DNA of 64,000 nucleotides, from positions 3,166 to 67,165 of the forward strand of contig DASWOV010000039.1 of assembly GCA_036398595.1 (NCBI GenBank), given 5' to 3'. The first letter of the stretch is position 1, and every line of letters starts with the position of its first letter. The notes below the pieces were generated by a model. That model ran no database searches. It had not been told where the DNA came from and worked only from the letters and a program-made list of their open reading frames with translations. Both the position numbers and the translations under genes were made by a program. This stretch comes from Granulicella sp. (GTDB taxonomy: Bacteria > Acidobacteriota > Terriglobia > Terriglobales > Acidobacteriaceae). Shown in pieces: positions 1 through 11,060 of this stretch.

Positions 1-6
1 CGGTCT

Positions 7-436
<430 letters not shown>

Positions 437-569
437 GTTTTTCAGTATACCGCGGAACCGCACGGAACCACGCGCCAATCCGCAGCGTAACCGCATCTGT
501 GCGGCGATTCGCTCGCCTCGCCGCAGGGGAGACTGCTACTCTCATGCTGGATCGTTAAAGACAGGTGCG

Positions 570-1811
<1,242 letters not shown>

Positions 1812-1813
1812 CC

Positions 1814-3067
1814 ATGCAGATCGCGGACCTAAAAGAAACCATCCAGATGGCGCTCGACACCCTGCGCGCCAACAAGATGCGCAGCGCCCTGACCATCCTC
1901 GGCATCGTCATCGGCGTCATGACCGTCATCACCATCTCCTCGGTCATCAACGGCCTCAACTCGAACGTCGAGGGGCTGGTCGAGTCCCTCGGCTCGAACG
2001 TGCTCTTCGTCTTCCGTTTCCCGGTCTTCGGCCAGCGCCCCACCACCGAGATGCTGACTCGCAAGCAGCTCACCTACGACGACGCCATGGCTATCGCCGA
2101 GCTGCCGCACGTCGTCGCCGTCTCACCCATCCTGCAGTATGTCGATAACACCGCGCCCGGCCGCCTCGGCTCCAGCTCCGTCCGGGCCAATGGCCGCGCC
2201 ATCCAGAGCACGCAGATCGAAGGCGATACCCCCTCCGTCAAGGACGTCAACGGCCTCGACCTAGCCCAGGGCCGCTTCTTCACCGAGATGGACCAGACCC
2301 GCGCCGCCAACGTCACCGTGCTCGGCAGCGACACCGCCGAGCAGCTCTTTCCCGGGCTCGACCCCATCGGCCGCGAGATCGAGGCCGGAGGCATGATCTT
2401 CACCGTCGTCGGCGTGCTCGAGAAGCAGAAGCAAGCCTTCGGCGGCGGCAAGAATCCCGACGACAACAAGGCCATCTTCCCCATCACCACCTTCCACAAG
2501 CTCCACCCCGAGGAGCTGGACTACTGGATCTCGCTCAAGTACGACGACCCCAAGAACCGTCCGCTGGTCGAAGACGAGCTGACCGAGCTGCTGCGCCGCC
2601 GCCGCAAGGTACACAACGAGGCGCCCGATAACTTCGCTATCTTCGGCACCGACTCGCTCACGCGCCTCTGGAACGACATCACCGGTGGCCTCTTTCTCTT
2701 GCTCTTCGCGCTCTCGAGCGTGGCGCTGCTGGTCGGCGGCGTCGGCGTCATGAATATCATGCTGGTCAGCGTCACTGAGCGCACGCGAGAGATCGGAATC
2801 CGCAAGGCCATCGGCGCGACGAAGCGCACCATCCTGACGCAGTTCACGCTCGAGGCCATGACGCTCTGCGCCGTCGGCGGTGTTATCGGCGTGCTGATCG
2901 GCGCGGGCATCTCGCTAGGGCTCAAGCTACTGCTGCCGACGATCCTCTCCTCTCTCTGGATCGCCACGGCCTTCGCCTGCTCCTGTGCTATTGGCCTGCT
3001 CTTCGGCATCTACCCAGCCTGGAAGGCAGCCAACCTCAACCCCATCGAAGCATTACGGTACGAGTAG
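1814..3067 (+). CDS. MacB/FtsX-family ABC transporter permease (paralogue)
   Basis: GGVGVMNIMLVSVTERTREIGIRKAIGA motif and C-terminal PIEALRYE; 2 bp after the previous gene. Confidence 0.93.
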   Translation: MQIADLKETIQMALDTLRANKMRSALTILGIVIGVMTVITISSVINGLNSNVEGLVESLGSNVLFVFRFPVFGQRPTTEMLTRKQLTYDDAMAIAELPHVVAVSPILQYVDNTAPGRLGSSSVRANGRAIQSTQIEGDTPSVKDVNGLDLAQGRFFTEMDQTRAANVTVLGSDTAEQLFPGLDPIGREIEAGGMIFTVVGVLEKQKQAFGGGKNPDDNKAIFPITTFHKLHPEELDYWISLKYDDPKNRPLVEDELTELLRRRRKVHNEAPDNFAIFGTDSLTRLWNDITGGLFLLLFALSSVALLVGGVGVMNIMLVSVTERTREIGIRKAIGATKRTILTQFTLEAMTLCAVGGVIGVLIGAGISLGLKLLLPTILSSLWIATAFACSCAIGLLFGIYPAWKAANLNPIEALRYE

Positions 3068-3092
3068 CCGGTTCACGGCCCCGCACACAGCG

Positions 3093-3291
3093 GTCATTCC
3101 CCCACCACGTTTGTCATTCCGCAGCCCTTTGTTGTCATTCCCGAAGGGAATCTGTGTTGTCTTCCCTCTCCCCACCCAAGCCCTCCGGGTGCCCTATCCT
3201 TCGCACACGCTGCGAAGGGCGGGAAGAAAAACACCACCCCAAACGGCTGTCCTGCTGAGCGAAGCACGTAGTGCTCACTCAGCAGGACAGC
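3093..3291. repeat. Cluster of REP-like palindromic elements between convergent genes
   Basis: GTCATTCC at 3093, 3113 and 3134 (full GTCATTCCCGAAGGGAATCTG 3134-3154); GGGTGCCCTATCCTTCGC..GCGAAGGGCGGG 3187-3223; 14-bp stem GCTGTCCTGCTGAG/CTCAGCAGGACAGC 3246-3291. Confidence 0.7.
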
Positions 3292-3311
3292 TGTGGCTCA
3301 GCGAGTTTGCC

Positions 3312-4307
3312 TTAGCTAAAACCAAGGGTGGGGTGCGGAATATACGGCTCTTCGAGCGAAGCAATCTCCTCAGGCGTGAGCTTGATGGAAACAGCAGCCG
3401 CCGCGTCCTCAAGATGGCCGGGCTTGCTGGCTCCGACGATGGGCGAGGTGATGACCGGCTTCGCCAGCATCCACGCCAGCGCCACCTGCGACATCGGCAC
3501 GCCGCGCTGCTTCGCTACCTGCTCCACGCGGTCGACGACGGCATGGTCGGCCTCCTCGGTCTTCGCGTACATCGTGTTGCCGAAGCGGTCTGTCTCCGAG
3601 CGCTTGGTGGCCTCCGACTGCCATGGGCGGGCGAGGCGTCCACGGGCCAGCGGCGACCACGGAATGACTCCGATGCCCTGATCCGCGCAAAGGCCCATCA
3701 TCTCGCGCTCTTCCTCTCGGTAGATGAGGTTGTAGTGGTTCTGCATGGAGACGAAGCGGGTCCACAAATGCTTGTCAGCAAGATAGAGTGACTTGGCGAA
3801 CTGCCACGCATACATCGACGACGCCCCAATGTAGCGGACTTTACCTGCCTTGACGGCATCATGCAGAGCTTCGAGCGTCTCCTCGATGGGCGCCTCGTAG
3901 TCCCAGCGGTGGATCTGGTAGAGATCGATGTAATCCGTCTCGAGGCGGCGCAGGCTCTCGTCCAGCTCAAAGAGGATGGCCTTGCGGGAGAGTCCCTTGC
4001 CATTCGGCTCATCGCGCATGAGGCCGTGGACCTTGGTCGCAATGACCAGCGACTCGCGGCGCACGTTGGCCTTGACGAAGCGGCCAAGAATCTCCTCGCT
4101 GGAACCGCTCGAATAAACGTTGGCGGTGTCGAAGAAGTTGATGCCGAGGTCGAGCGCCTGCTTGAGGAAGGGCTGGCTCTGCTCCTCGTTGAGGGTCCAG
4201 GCGTGGCGGCCGGGCTTGGGCTCGGTCGTGGGCTCACCGTAGGTCATGCAACCGAGGCAGATACGGGAAACCTTCAGGCCGGTACGGCCGAGGTTGGTGT
4301 ATTCCAT
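3312..4307 (-). CDS. Aldo/keto reductase
   Basis: LGRTGLKVSRICLGCM, FFDTANVY, IATK, DYIDLYQIHRWD and GKVRYIGAS motifs. Confidence 0.95.
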   Translation of the reverse strand: MEYTNLGRTGLKVSRICLGCMTYGEPTTEPKPGRHAWTLNEEQSQPFLKQALDLGINFFDTANVYSSGSSEEILGRFVKANVRRESLVIATKVHGLMRDEPNGKGLSRKAILFELDESLRRLETDYIDLYQIHRWDYEAPIEETLEALHDAVKAGKVRYIGASSMYAWQFAKSLYLADKHLWTRFVSMQNHYNLIYREEEREMMGLCADQGIGVIPWSPLARGRLARPWQSEATKRSETDRFGNTMYAKTEEADHAVVDRVEQVAKQRGVPMSQVALAWMLAKPVITSPIVGASKPGHLEDAAAAVSIKLTPEEIASLEEPYIPHPTLGFS

Positions 4308-4364
4308 GTGCTGAAGTACCTCCTGCCCTCAGCATAAAGGGCAGGAGGTAACGGTGCGTTACGG

Positions 4365-5345
4365 TTACCGGCCAAACTGCGGTAGTTGCAGCAGATTGGC
4401 GCCGTTTGCAGTCTCGACGCTGGGAAGCTGGCCGTTCCAGCGGTCGATGAGGGCGCGCTGGTTCTCGATGCGGCGAAGCTCCAGCAACTGCGGCGTCAGC
4501 GAATTCTGCCGAATGCGGTTGGCTTCGGCCTCGCCGTTGGCGCGGGTAACAGCAGCCTTCGCCTCACCCTCGGCCTGCGCGATGGTCTTGGCGGCCTCGG
4601 CCTGCGTCTGCGCCAGCTCGTTGCGGGCGCGTTCGGCGTCCTGCACGGCCTGCGCCTTCGCGGTGATCGCCGTAGCGATGACCTGCGGTACACGCGGCGC
4701 ACCGATGAATCCGAACTGCTGAATGCCAACGCCGACCGGCTCCATCTTCTGTTGGATGAGCGCCTGCACCTTGCTCAGGAACTCAGCCTTCTGCTCGCCG
4801 TAGATCTGCTCGACCGAGTAGGTCGAGGCGACCTCGTTCAGGCTGTTGCGGACCACGTCGCGCAGGATGCCATGCGTGAAGAGGTCGAGGTCGCTGACGC
4901 GGTACTTCACGTAGAAGTCGGGCACGCGCTTCGGGTCGATGGCGTAAGAGAGCGAGACATCGGAGTAGATCTCCATGCCCTCCTTCGAGTTGAAACTCAT
5001 CGCCTCATTGGCGGCGCGGCCCTCGCTCACATCATGCGTCCACTTCACCGTCTGCACGAAGGTAGGGAACTCGATGATCTGTGAGCGCAGCGGGCTGTAA
5101 AAGACCCAGCCGGTGCGGATAGGAATCTCCGCCGGGCCGCGCTGCGAGCCGCTGAGCACCACCTCCACGCCGACGTAGCCCGCGCCGATGCGCGTGACCG
5201 CGGCTACATAGTTGAAGAAGACCAGCAGCGCGATCAACGCACCGACAGCGAGCGAGCCGCGCTTCGCAATCGTTATAAGCTGCTGCTGATCGAAGTTACT
5301 GCTGCCCCGGCCGTTGCCGGAGCCGTTGATGACTTCACCGAACAT
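4365..5345 (-). CDS. SPFH/Band-7 (prohibitin-like) membrane protein
   Basis: N-terminal TM helix, IGAGYVGVEV, Ala/Glu-rich coiled coil (AEGEAKA..ANGEAEAN) and LTPQLL..IDRWNGQLP tail; start at MFGEV behind GGAGG. Confidence 0.88.
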   Translation of the reverse strand: MFGEVINGSGNGRGSSNFDQQQLITIAKRGSLAVGALIALLVFFNYVAAVTRIGAGYVGVEVVLSGSQRGPAEIPIRTGWVFYSPLRSQIIEFPTFVQTVKWTHDVSEGRAANEAMSFNSKEGMEIYSDVSLSYAIDPKRVPDFYVKYRVSDLDLFTHGILRDVVRNSLNEVASTYSVEQIYGEQKAEFLSKVQALIQQKMEPVGVGIQQFGFIGAPRVPQVIATAITAKAQAVQDAERARNELAQTQAEAAKTIAQAEGEAKAAVTRANGEAEANRIRQNSLTPQLLELRRIENQRALIDRWNGQLPSVETANGANLLQLPQFGR

Positions 5346-5583
5346 CTCTCTGCCTCCAAATCGTCCGAAGGACGAACCAACCACCCGCTGCCAGACACAG
5401 CAGCAGGCACACGCCGGCGAAGACGGTCAGATTACTCGGAAGATTAAGGAGGTGGAATGCTGTCACCATGCCCTCGAACATCAGCATCGTAACGACTACG
5501 GAAGCAAGCGACTTCCAGAAAAGATACTTCACAGGTCCCTGGCCAATTCTTGCTCGGCCTAACAACCATGAGTAAGTATACAC
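5335..5583 (-). CDS. Small two-TM hypothetical protein upstream of SPFH gene
   Basis: 82-aa ORF with two hydrophobic segments, overlapping the SPFH start; start uncertain. Confidence 0.5.
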   Translation of the reverse strand: MYTYSWLLGRARIGQGPVKYLFWKSLASVVVTMLMFEGMVTAFHLLNLPSNLTVFAGVCLLLCLAAGGWFVLRTIWRQRDVR

Positions 5584-5678
5584 CTAAATTGAAGGCACTT
5601 TGCTGTACGGATAAAGGGGGGAAATAGGACTAACTACGATAACTCTATTGTAACTATATTCGTTTGCCAGCTACTACT

Positions 5679-6554
5679 TTAGCTAGATTTATCAGTAACC
5701 TTATCTTTGCCACCTTGTGTAGTCTTCTTATAAATCCTGTCCAGAGTTTGGGCTAATTTGATGTCAAGATCGGTAATTTTATAACCAACATCCCAAGTGG
5801 ATAGATATACAGTGACGGTCTTCCATTGATTTTCCCAACGAGGGTGATGGCGATATTTGTTAATCGGTTCGACGGCATCGCTCATAAACGATACGGCCTG
5901 TTTGAATGATTTGAATTGATAGATCTTACGAAGCTCGTGCCTGAATTTTGGATATTGGCCCGGCAGTGGATTTTCAACCACATCCCACCCGTTGAGCCGC
6001 GCTAGTTTTTGATCGAGTTCTTCCTCTGCCAACACTGTTGGATTTACCAATCTTGCAGGCATTTGTATATCTTGCGCGTTCGCTGTAAATCCATGGGTAT
6101 CGACAAGCAGTGTCACAAGATCGTTCAGATCAGAGTCCCAATGTGTCTCGCGCATCGGATATGCCTGGCAAGAACTTAAAGCGGCCAATACATCAGGAAG
6201 CGCATGACCGGGAGGCATATTCGTTGCCGGTCCCAGCAAGACAGGAATCACTGTTTTTTTCGACTCGAGAGCAGTTTTGATCTCCTCTCGCACCCAGTCA
6301 TTGGGATCGTCCAGTCTGCGCCTTCCATATTGATCGGCGCACCTCAGCCATTCTGATCCGATGAGAGCGAGAACGACCGTTGCTTCCTGTACAGCATTGT
6401 GCAATCTGTCAGGCCAATTCTCTCCCGGTGAGATGCCTGTTCGATCCATAAAAACGCTACTAGGCCCAAGGAGAGCGCGTAGTTGCGTATAGATACCAAG
6501 AGCAGCGAGGGATAGGTCGTCGCGCCTGTAACTAACAAAGATGGAAGATTGCAT
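5679..6554 (-). CDS. TIR domain fused to pterin-4a-carbinolamine dehydratase (PCD)-like domain
   Basis: N-terminal IFVSYRRDD and DWVREEI (TIR_2-like); C-terminal FKSFKQAVSFM..HHPRW..LSTWD..ITDLDIKLA (PCD-like); visibly more AT-rich than its neighbours. Confidence 0.85.
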   Translation of the reverse strand: MQSSIFVSYRRDDLSLAALGIYTQLRALLGPSSVFMDRTGISPGENWPDRLHNAVQEATVVLALIGSEWLRCADQYGRRRLDDPNDWVREEIKTALESKKTVIPVLLGPATNMPPGHALPDVLAALSSCQAYPMRETHWDSDLNDLVTLLVDTHGFTANAQDIQMPARLVNPTVLAEEELDQKLARLNGWDVVENPLPGQYPKFRHELRKIYQFKSFKQAVSFMSDAVEPINKYRHHPRWENQWKTVTVYLSTWDVGYKITDLDIKLAQTLDRIYKKTTQGGKDKVTDKSS

Positions 6555-6610
6555 GGCTCATCATCCGCAAAAACACCGGAAGAGTCGAATTAAATGATTA
6601 AAATGCCACA

Positions 6611-7099
6611 CTACCCGTTGATGATATTGAGCGCCATCACCGCGCAGATGAGGGTAATGCCGTCCTCACTCAGGGCAACGATCCAGTCCGGCCAGCCGTT
6701 CGACTCCACCAGATGCTTGCGGACGTTGTAGCCGAGGATTGCTCCGAGCAGCGCGCCTATCGCGCCCAGAAGGATGCCCTCCAGCTCCGAGCCATGCAGG
6801 CTGGTCGCCGAGATCGCCCCCGCCAGACCACCCATCACCAGACGAAAGATCAGCGGCGCGGGCGAGACGCGATTCGGAATCCACGGCATCTTGTCCGCGA
6901 CCAGCTCCGCCAGCGCAAACACCGTGAAAAGGACAGCGACCCAGAACTTGCCCGTCCAGGCCATCCAGTCATTGCCTACCCATAGCGCATCGAAATAGAC
7001 AAACCAGCACAGCACCGCCATGCCCGACATTGACCGCAGCCCGGTGGCGAACCCGAGCATCGGGATCGCCACCAGCCACGCCAATATCGTGAGCGCCAT
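6611..7099 (-). CDS. DUF4126-like membrane protein
   Basis: GFATGLRS and ELVADKMP motifs; hydrophobic; abuts the glyA stop. Confidence 0.7.
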   Translation of the reverse strand: MALTILAWLVAIPMLGFATGLRSMSGMAVLCWFVYFDALWVGNDWMAWTGKFWVAVLFTVFALAELVADKMPWIPNRVSPAPLIFRLVMGGLAGAISATSLHGSELEGILLGAIGALLGAILGYNVRKHLVESNGWPDWIVALSEDGITLICAVMALNIING

Positions 7100-8359
7100 C
7101 TAGCGCAGCCACCCATAGAGCGGGAACTGCTCCGCCAGATCGTGTACGCGGCCCTTGATCTGCGAGAGGCGGCTGGCATCGTTGCGATGCTCCAGCGCCT
7201 CGGCGATCCACTTCGAGATGGTCAGCATCTCTGCCTCCTTCATGCCGCGCGTGGTCAGCGCGGGTGTGCCGATGCGGATGCCGCTCGGCTTCAGCGGGGG
7301 GTTCGTATCGTAAGGGATGGCATTTTTGTTCACCGTGATGCCTGCGGCTCCCAAAGCAGCCTCAGCTTCGCTGCCAAGCATGCCTTTCTGGAAGACGTCG
7401 ACCAGCATGAGATGGGTATCCGTGCCGCCGGAAATAATGCGATAGCCCTCACCGGCAAGCGCCTCGGCCAGCACCTTCGCGTTGGCGACGACCTGCTTCG
7501 CGTAGTCGGCGAACTCCGGCTGCAACGCCTCGCGGAAGGCCGCCGCCTTGGCCGCAACGATATGCACCAGAGGCCCACCCTGCTGGCCGGGGAAGACACT
7601 GCGGTCGACACCAGCGGCGAACTCCTGCTTCGACAGGATGAGGCCGGAGCGGGGTCCGCGCAGGGTCTTGTGCGTGGTCGTCGTGACGATGTGCGCGTGC
7701 GGCACCGGCGAAGGATGCACGCCACCCGCCACAAGACCCGCAAAGTGGGCCATGTCCACCATGAAGTACGCGCCGATCTTGTCGGCGATGGCACGCATGC
7801 GCTCGAAGTCGAAGATGCGCGGGTAGGCGCTGCCGCCGCCGATGATGACCTTCGGCCTCTCGCGCTCGGCCGTGGCCTCCAGCTCGTCGTAGTCGATGGT
7901 TTCAGTGTCCTTGCGGACCTGGTAGCCGACCACGCGGTAGAGCTTGCCGGAGAAGCTGAGCTTATGTCCGTGCGTCAGGTGGCCGCCATGCGCAAGGTCG
8001 AGGCCGAGAATGGTGTCACCCGTCTGCAGCAGCGTCATATAAGCCGCGGCATTGGCCTGCGAGCCGGAGTGCGGCTGCACGTTCGCGTGCTCGGCTCCGA
8101 AGATCGCCTTGGCGCGGTCGCGGGCGAGGTTCTCGACCACGTCGGTGTACTCGCAGCCGCCGTAGTAGCGCTTACCCGGATAGCCCTCGGCATATTTATT
8201 GGTAAAGACGGTTCCGGCAGCCTCAAGCACAGCGCGGCTGACAAAGTTCTCGGAGGCGATCATCTCGAGCCCTTCGTGCTGGCGGGCGACTTCGAGCTGA
8301 ATCTGTGCGGCTATTTCGGGGTCCGCCGTGGCGAGCGGTGCATTGAAATCAATCGACAT
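7100..8359 (-). CDS. glyA: Serine hydroxymethyltransferase
   Basis: [28 protein letters not shown] and the PLP-lysine motif [11 protein letters not shown]. Confidence 0.99.
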   Translation of the reverse strand: MSIDFNAPLATADPEIAAQIQLEVARQHEGLEMIASENFVSRAVLEAAGTVFTNKYAEGYPGKRYYGGCEYTDVVENLARDRAKAIFGAEHANVQPHSGSQANAAAYMTLLQTGDTILGLDLAHGGHLTHGHKLSFSGKLYRVVGYQVRKDTETIDYDELEATAERERPKVIIGGGSAYPRIFDFERMRAIADKIGAYFMVDMAHFAGLVAGGVHPSPVPHAHIVTTTTHKTLRGPRSGLILSKQEFAAGVDRSVFPGQQGGPLVHIVAAKAAAFREALQPEFADYAKQVVANAKVLAEALAGEGYRIISGGTDTHLMLVDVFQKGMLGSEAEAALGAAGITVNKNAIPYDTNPPLKPSGIRIGTPALTTRGMKEAEMLTISKWIAEALEHRNDASRLSQIKGRVHDLAEQFPLYGWLR

Positions 8360-8518
8360 ACGGGTGATTCTACCTTTCCGGGACTACACAGGAGATCAGG
8401 GGGACACTCTTATTATCGAGTATCCTCGATCCTCCGCAACCCCGGCAGTGATTTCGTTGGAAGTCTGAAAAGCGACAACTTCGAGACATTTCCCTGACAA
8501 CCTGACACTACGCCTCAA

Positions 8519-8539
8519 TTCAGACTGATTCAGTCGCAA
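8519..8539. promoter_or_regulatory. Imperfect inverted repeat, possible metal-regulator operator
   Basis: TTCAGACTG-ATT-CAGTCGCAA about 45 bp upstream of a siderophore-type TonB receptor; function is inferred. Confidence 0.3.
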
Positions 8540-8583
8540 ATATACACGACAAAATTGGTCGCATATGCGGTTACGGAGAGTCT

Positions 8584-10962
8584 ATGGGAAGCGCTCGTCT
8601 TAAATATCTTCTTCTCGTCCTGTTTTTGGGCTTTAGCTGCCTGGGAGCTATGGCGCAACACGCTTCGATGCAGGGTTCGGTCCTCGATCCCACTGGAGCA
8701 GCGGTAGCGGGTGCTCATATTGCGTTGTCCGGTCATGGAGCCACCCAGACCTCTACCTCCGACGCCGCTGGCAGCTATCGATTTTCGTCGCTGACGGTCG
8801 GCACGTATACGCTCACCGTCGAGGCTCCGGGCTTTGGCCGCTATGAGAACTCCTCCATCCATGTCTCCGGCAGCGAAACTCTGCAATGGCCGGTTCCACT
8901 GGCCCTGCAATCCGGCTCGCAGTCAATCGTTGTCCAGGGAGATGCGGAGACGCTGGAGCAGGTTCCTACCGTCGGCAAGACCGGAACCATGCTCGAAGAC
9001 ATTCCGCAGAGCATCGCTGTCATCAGCCACCGGCTCTCTGACTCGCAAGGGGACCTCGCCCTGCAGGATACGGTGCGCAATGCCAGCGGCGTCATTCAGG
9101 GCGGGACGGACGGCTTCGGATTTGCGGACCGCTTCCAGATTCGCGGTCTGGAGGCACGCATCTTCAACGACGGCTTCTCCGACGGAGACGAGCGCAACGG
9201 CATTCCCCACTCGCTCAACGGCGTCGAGCGGGTTGAGGTGCTGGAGGGACCGGGCTCGTCGCTCTTTGGCAGCGGACCTCCGGGCGGCACGATCAATCTG
9301 GTGCACTACACGCCATCGCCGCGATTCGATACGGGCGCACAGTTCCAGACGGGTTCGTTCGGCCTCTTCTCCGGCAGCGCCTACCTCACTGGAGGCACCG
9401 GAGTTCACGGGCTGGGCTATCGCATGGACGGCCTGTTCCAACACAAGGACGGCTTTCGCGCACTGACCGGTGCGGACTATGAGCTTCGCCCTATGGTGAG
9501 CCTCACCACCAGCCACAATGTGCTGCTGCTTGCGGCGGATGGCCGCTACCTGCAAACCATTCCTGATCCCGCAGGCCTGATCTATCTCAACCACACACCG
9601 ATCACCACCGTTTCGCGCGAAGCGAAATACTCCACACCGTTCGGCTTTGGCAATCAATCCGTAGGACGGTTCACCGCGTCCGACGTGTGGCAGGCTACTC
9701 CTTCTGTCACGGTGAACAACCGATTCTCGTACATGTACCGCAACCTTTCGATCCTGCGAAACGGAGATGGCGGATCGGTCGTTGGGAACACGCTTCCCGG
9801 CCGTTCCCTGCGTAGTCAGCACGATGTGGTCAATGACTTCGATTATGAGAGCGAGCCTGTATGGAACTTCCGCATCGGTTCGGTCCACAATACCCTGCTG
9901 ACCGGGTTGGAGGTGCAACACCAAAGCGCGGTGGCGAACCGCTCCACCGCTGATCTGCCGAACATCGACAATATTTTTGCGCCCGTAGTTCCTGAAACCT
10001 CGACAGCCGGACTTGTCTTCCTGCGCGATGCGAAGCACTCCGGCTTTCTCGATCAGCTCAGTGCAAACTACGAGGGTCTGTATGCGACCGACCAGCTCGA
10101 CCTTACCTCGCGCTGGAAGCTGCGCGTCGGCGGCCGTCAGGACTGGTGGCAGACGAAGCTCGCTCCGGAGATCAATGTTCCCGGCCGCAGCCTGGGCAAT
10201 GGCCAGCTCATCGAGCCGCCCAACGTCTACACGCGCAACGACACTCCCTTTAGCTGGAACGTGGGTACGGTCTATCGCATCCTGCCCGGCGTCTCGCCCT
10301 TCTTCGGCGTAGCCCACAGCAACCTTGCCAACTTCAATTCGGAGGCCACGCAGAACGGCGTGCAGGCTCCGGAGACAGGCATGCAGTACGAGGCCGGTGT
10401 GAAGGTCGCCACGTTCAATAACCGCGTCCTGGTTACGGCTGCGGCCTTCCACGTGATGCGTAACAATGTCTTTTCGCTGGTCAGCGATATTCCTGTCTTC
10501 AACGATCAACGCACGCAAGGTGGTGAAGGCACGGTGGAGGTGTCGCTGAGCCGCCGCTGGCAACTGAATGCCAATGCGACGGGCATGCACGCCTCGCTCA
10601 CGGACAATCCTTCCAATCCGGCGGCAACCGGCCGACGCCCGCAGGGTGTACCGAACCGCATCGTCAATCTATGGACCAGCTATGATCTCCTGCGTGGCAG
10701 CGGCGAAACCTTTACGCTCTCCGGAGGCTTCACCAACCGGAGCAGCATGTTTGCTGATCTGCTGAATACCAACTCCATTCCGTCGTATACGACGGCGGAT
10801 ATCGTCGCCAATCTCCATACGCATATCCTGACCGCTGCCTTCGGTGTGCGCAATCTCACGGATGCCCGCTACTTCACCGCGGCAAACGGTGTCGGCGGAT
10901 TTGTAGGCGAAGCTCGCTCCTACTTCGGAAAGGTGCAGCTTCAATTCGGGGCTGGACACTAG
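8584..10962 (+). CDS. TonB-dependent (siderophore-type) receptor with N-terminal carboxypeptidase-regulatory-like domain
   Basis: Signal peptide, GSVLDPTGAAV domain, plug motifs DIPQSIAVI and VERVEVLEGPGSSLFG, C-terminal RNLTDARY. Confidence 0.92.
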   Translation: MGSARLKYLLLVLFLGFSCLGAMAQHASMQGSVLDPTGAAVAGAHIALSGHGATQTSTSDAAGSYRFSSLTVGTYTLTVEAPGFGRYENSSIHVSGSETLQWPVPLALQSGSQSIVVQGDAETLEQVPTVGKTGTMLEDIPQSIAVISHRLSDSQGDLALQDTVRNASGVIQGGTDGFGFADRFQIRGLEARIFNDGFSDGDERNGIPHSLNGVERVEVLEGPGSSLFGSGPPGGTINLVHYTPSPRFDTGAQFQTGSFGLFSGSAYLTGGTGVHGLGYRMDGLFQHKDGFRALTGADYELRPMVSLTTSHNVLLLAADGRYLQTIPDPAGLIYLNHTPITTVSREAKYSTPFGFGNQSVGRFTASDVWQATPSVTVNNRFSYMYRNLSILRNGDGGSVVGNTLPGRSLRSQHDVVNDFDYESEPVWNFRIGSVHNTLLTGLEVQHQSAVANRSTADLPNIDNIFAPVVPETSTAGLVFLRDAKHSGFLDQLSANYEGLYATDQLDLTSRWKLRVGGRQDWWQTKLAPEINVPGRSLGNGQLIEPPNVYTRNDTPFSWNVGTVYRILPGVSPFFGVAHSNLANFNSEATQNGVQAPETGMQYEAGVKVATFNNRVLVTAAAFHVMRNNVFSLVSDIPVFNDQRTQGGEGTVEVSLSRRWQLNANATGMHASLTDNPSNPAATGRRPQGVPNRIVNLWTSYDLLRGSGETFTLSGGFTNRSSMFADLLNTNSIPSYTTADIVANLHTHILTAAFGVRNLTDARYFTAANGVGGFVGEARSYFGKVQLQFGAGH

Positions 10963-11060
10963 AAATAATGCAGAAGACGCCATCGGTTTTCCGAGGGCGC
11001 TCCTGAGCCTTCATCCCTCCATCGCCATCTAAATAGGAAATACGTCTTTCAGGGGTATCC

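Noticed and set aside
3093-3154. CRISPR-like array from the GTCATTCC repeats
   Set aside because: Units are only 8 bp with 12-13 bp gaps and there are no cas genes; REP-like elements fit better.
8360-8583. ZTP/THF/cobalamin riboswitch between glyA and the TonB receptor
   Set aside because: No consensus motifs were recognised, and glyA appears leaderless.
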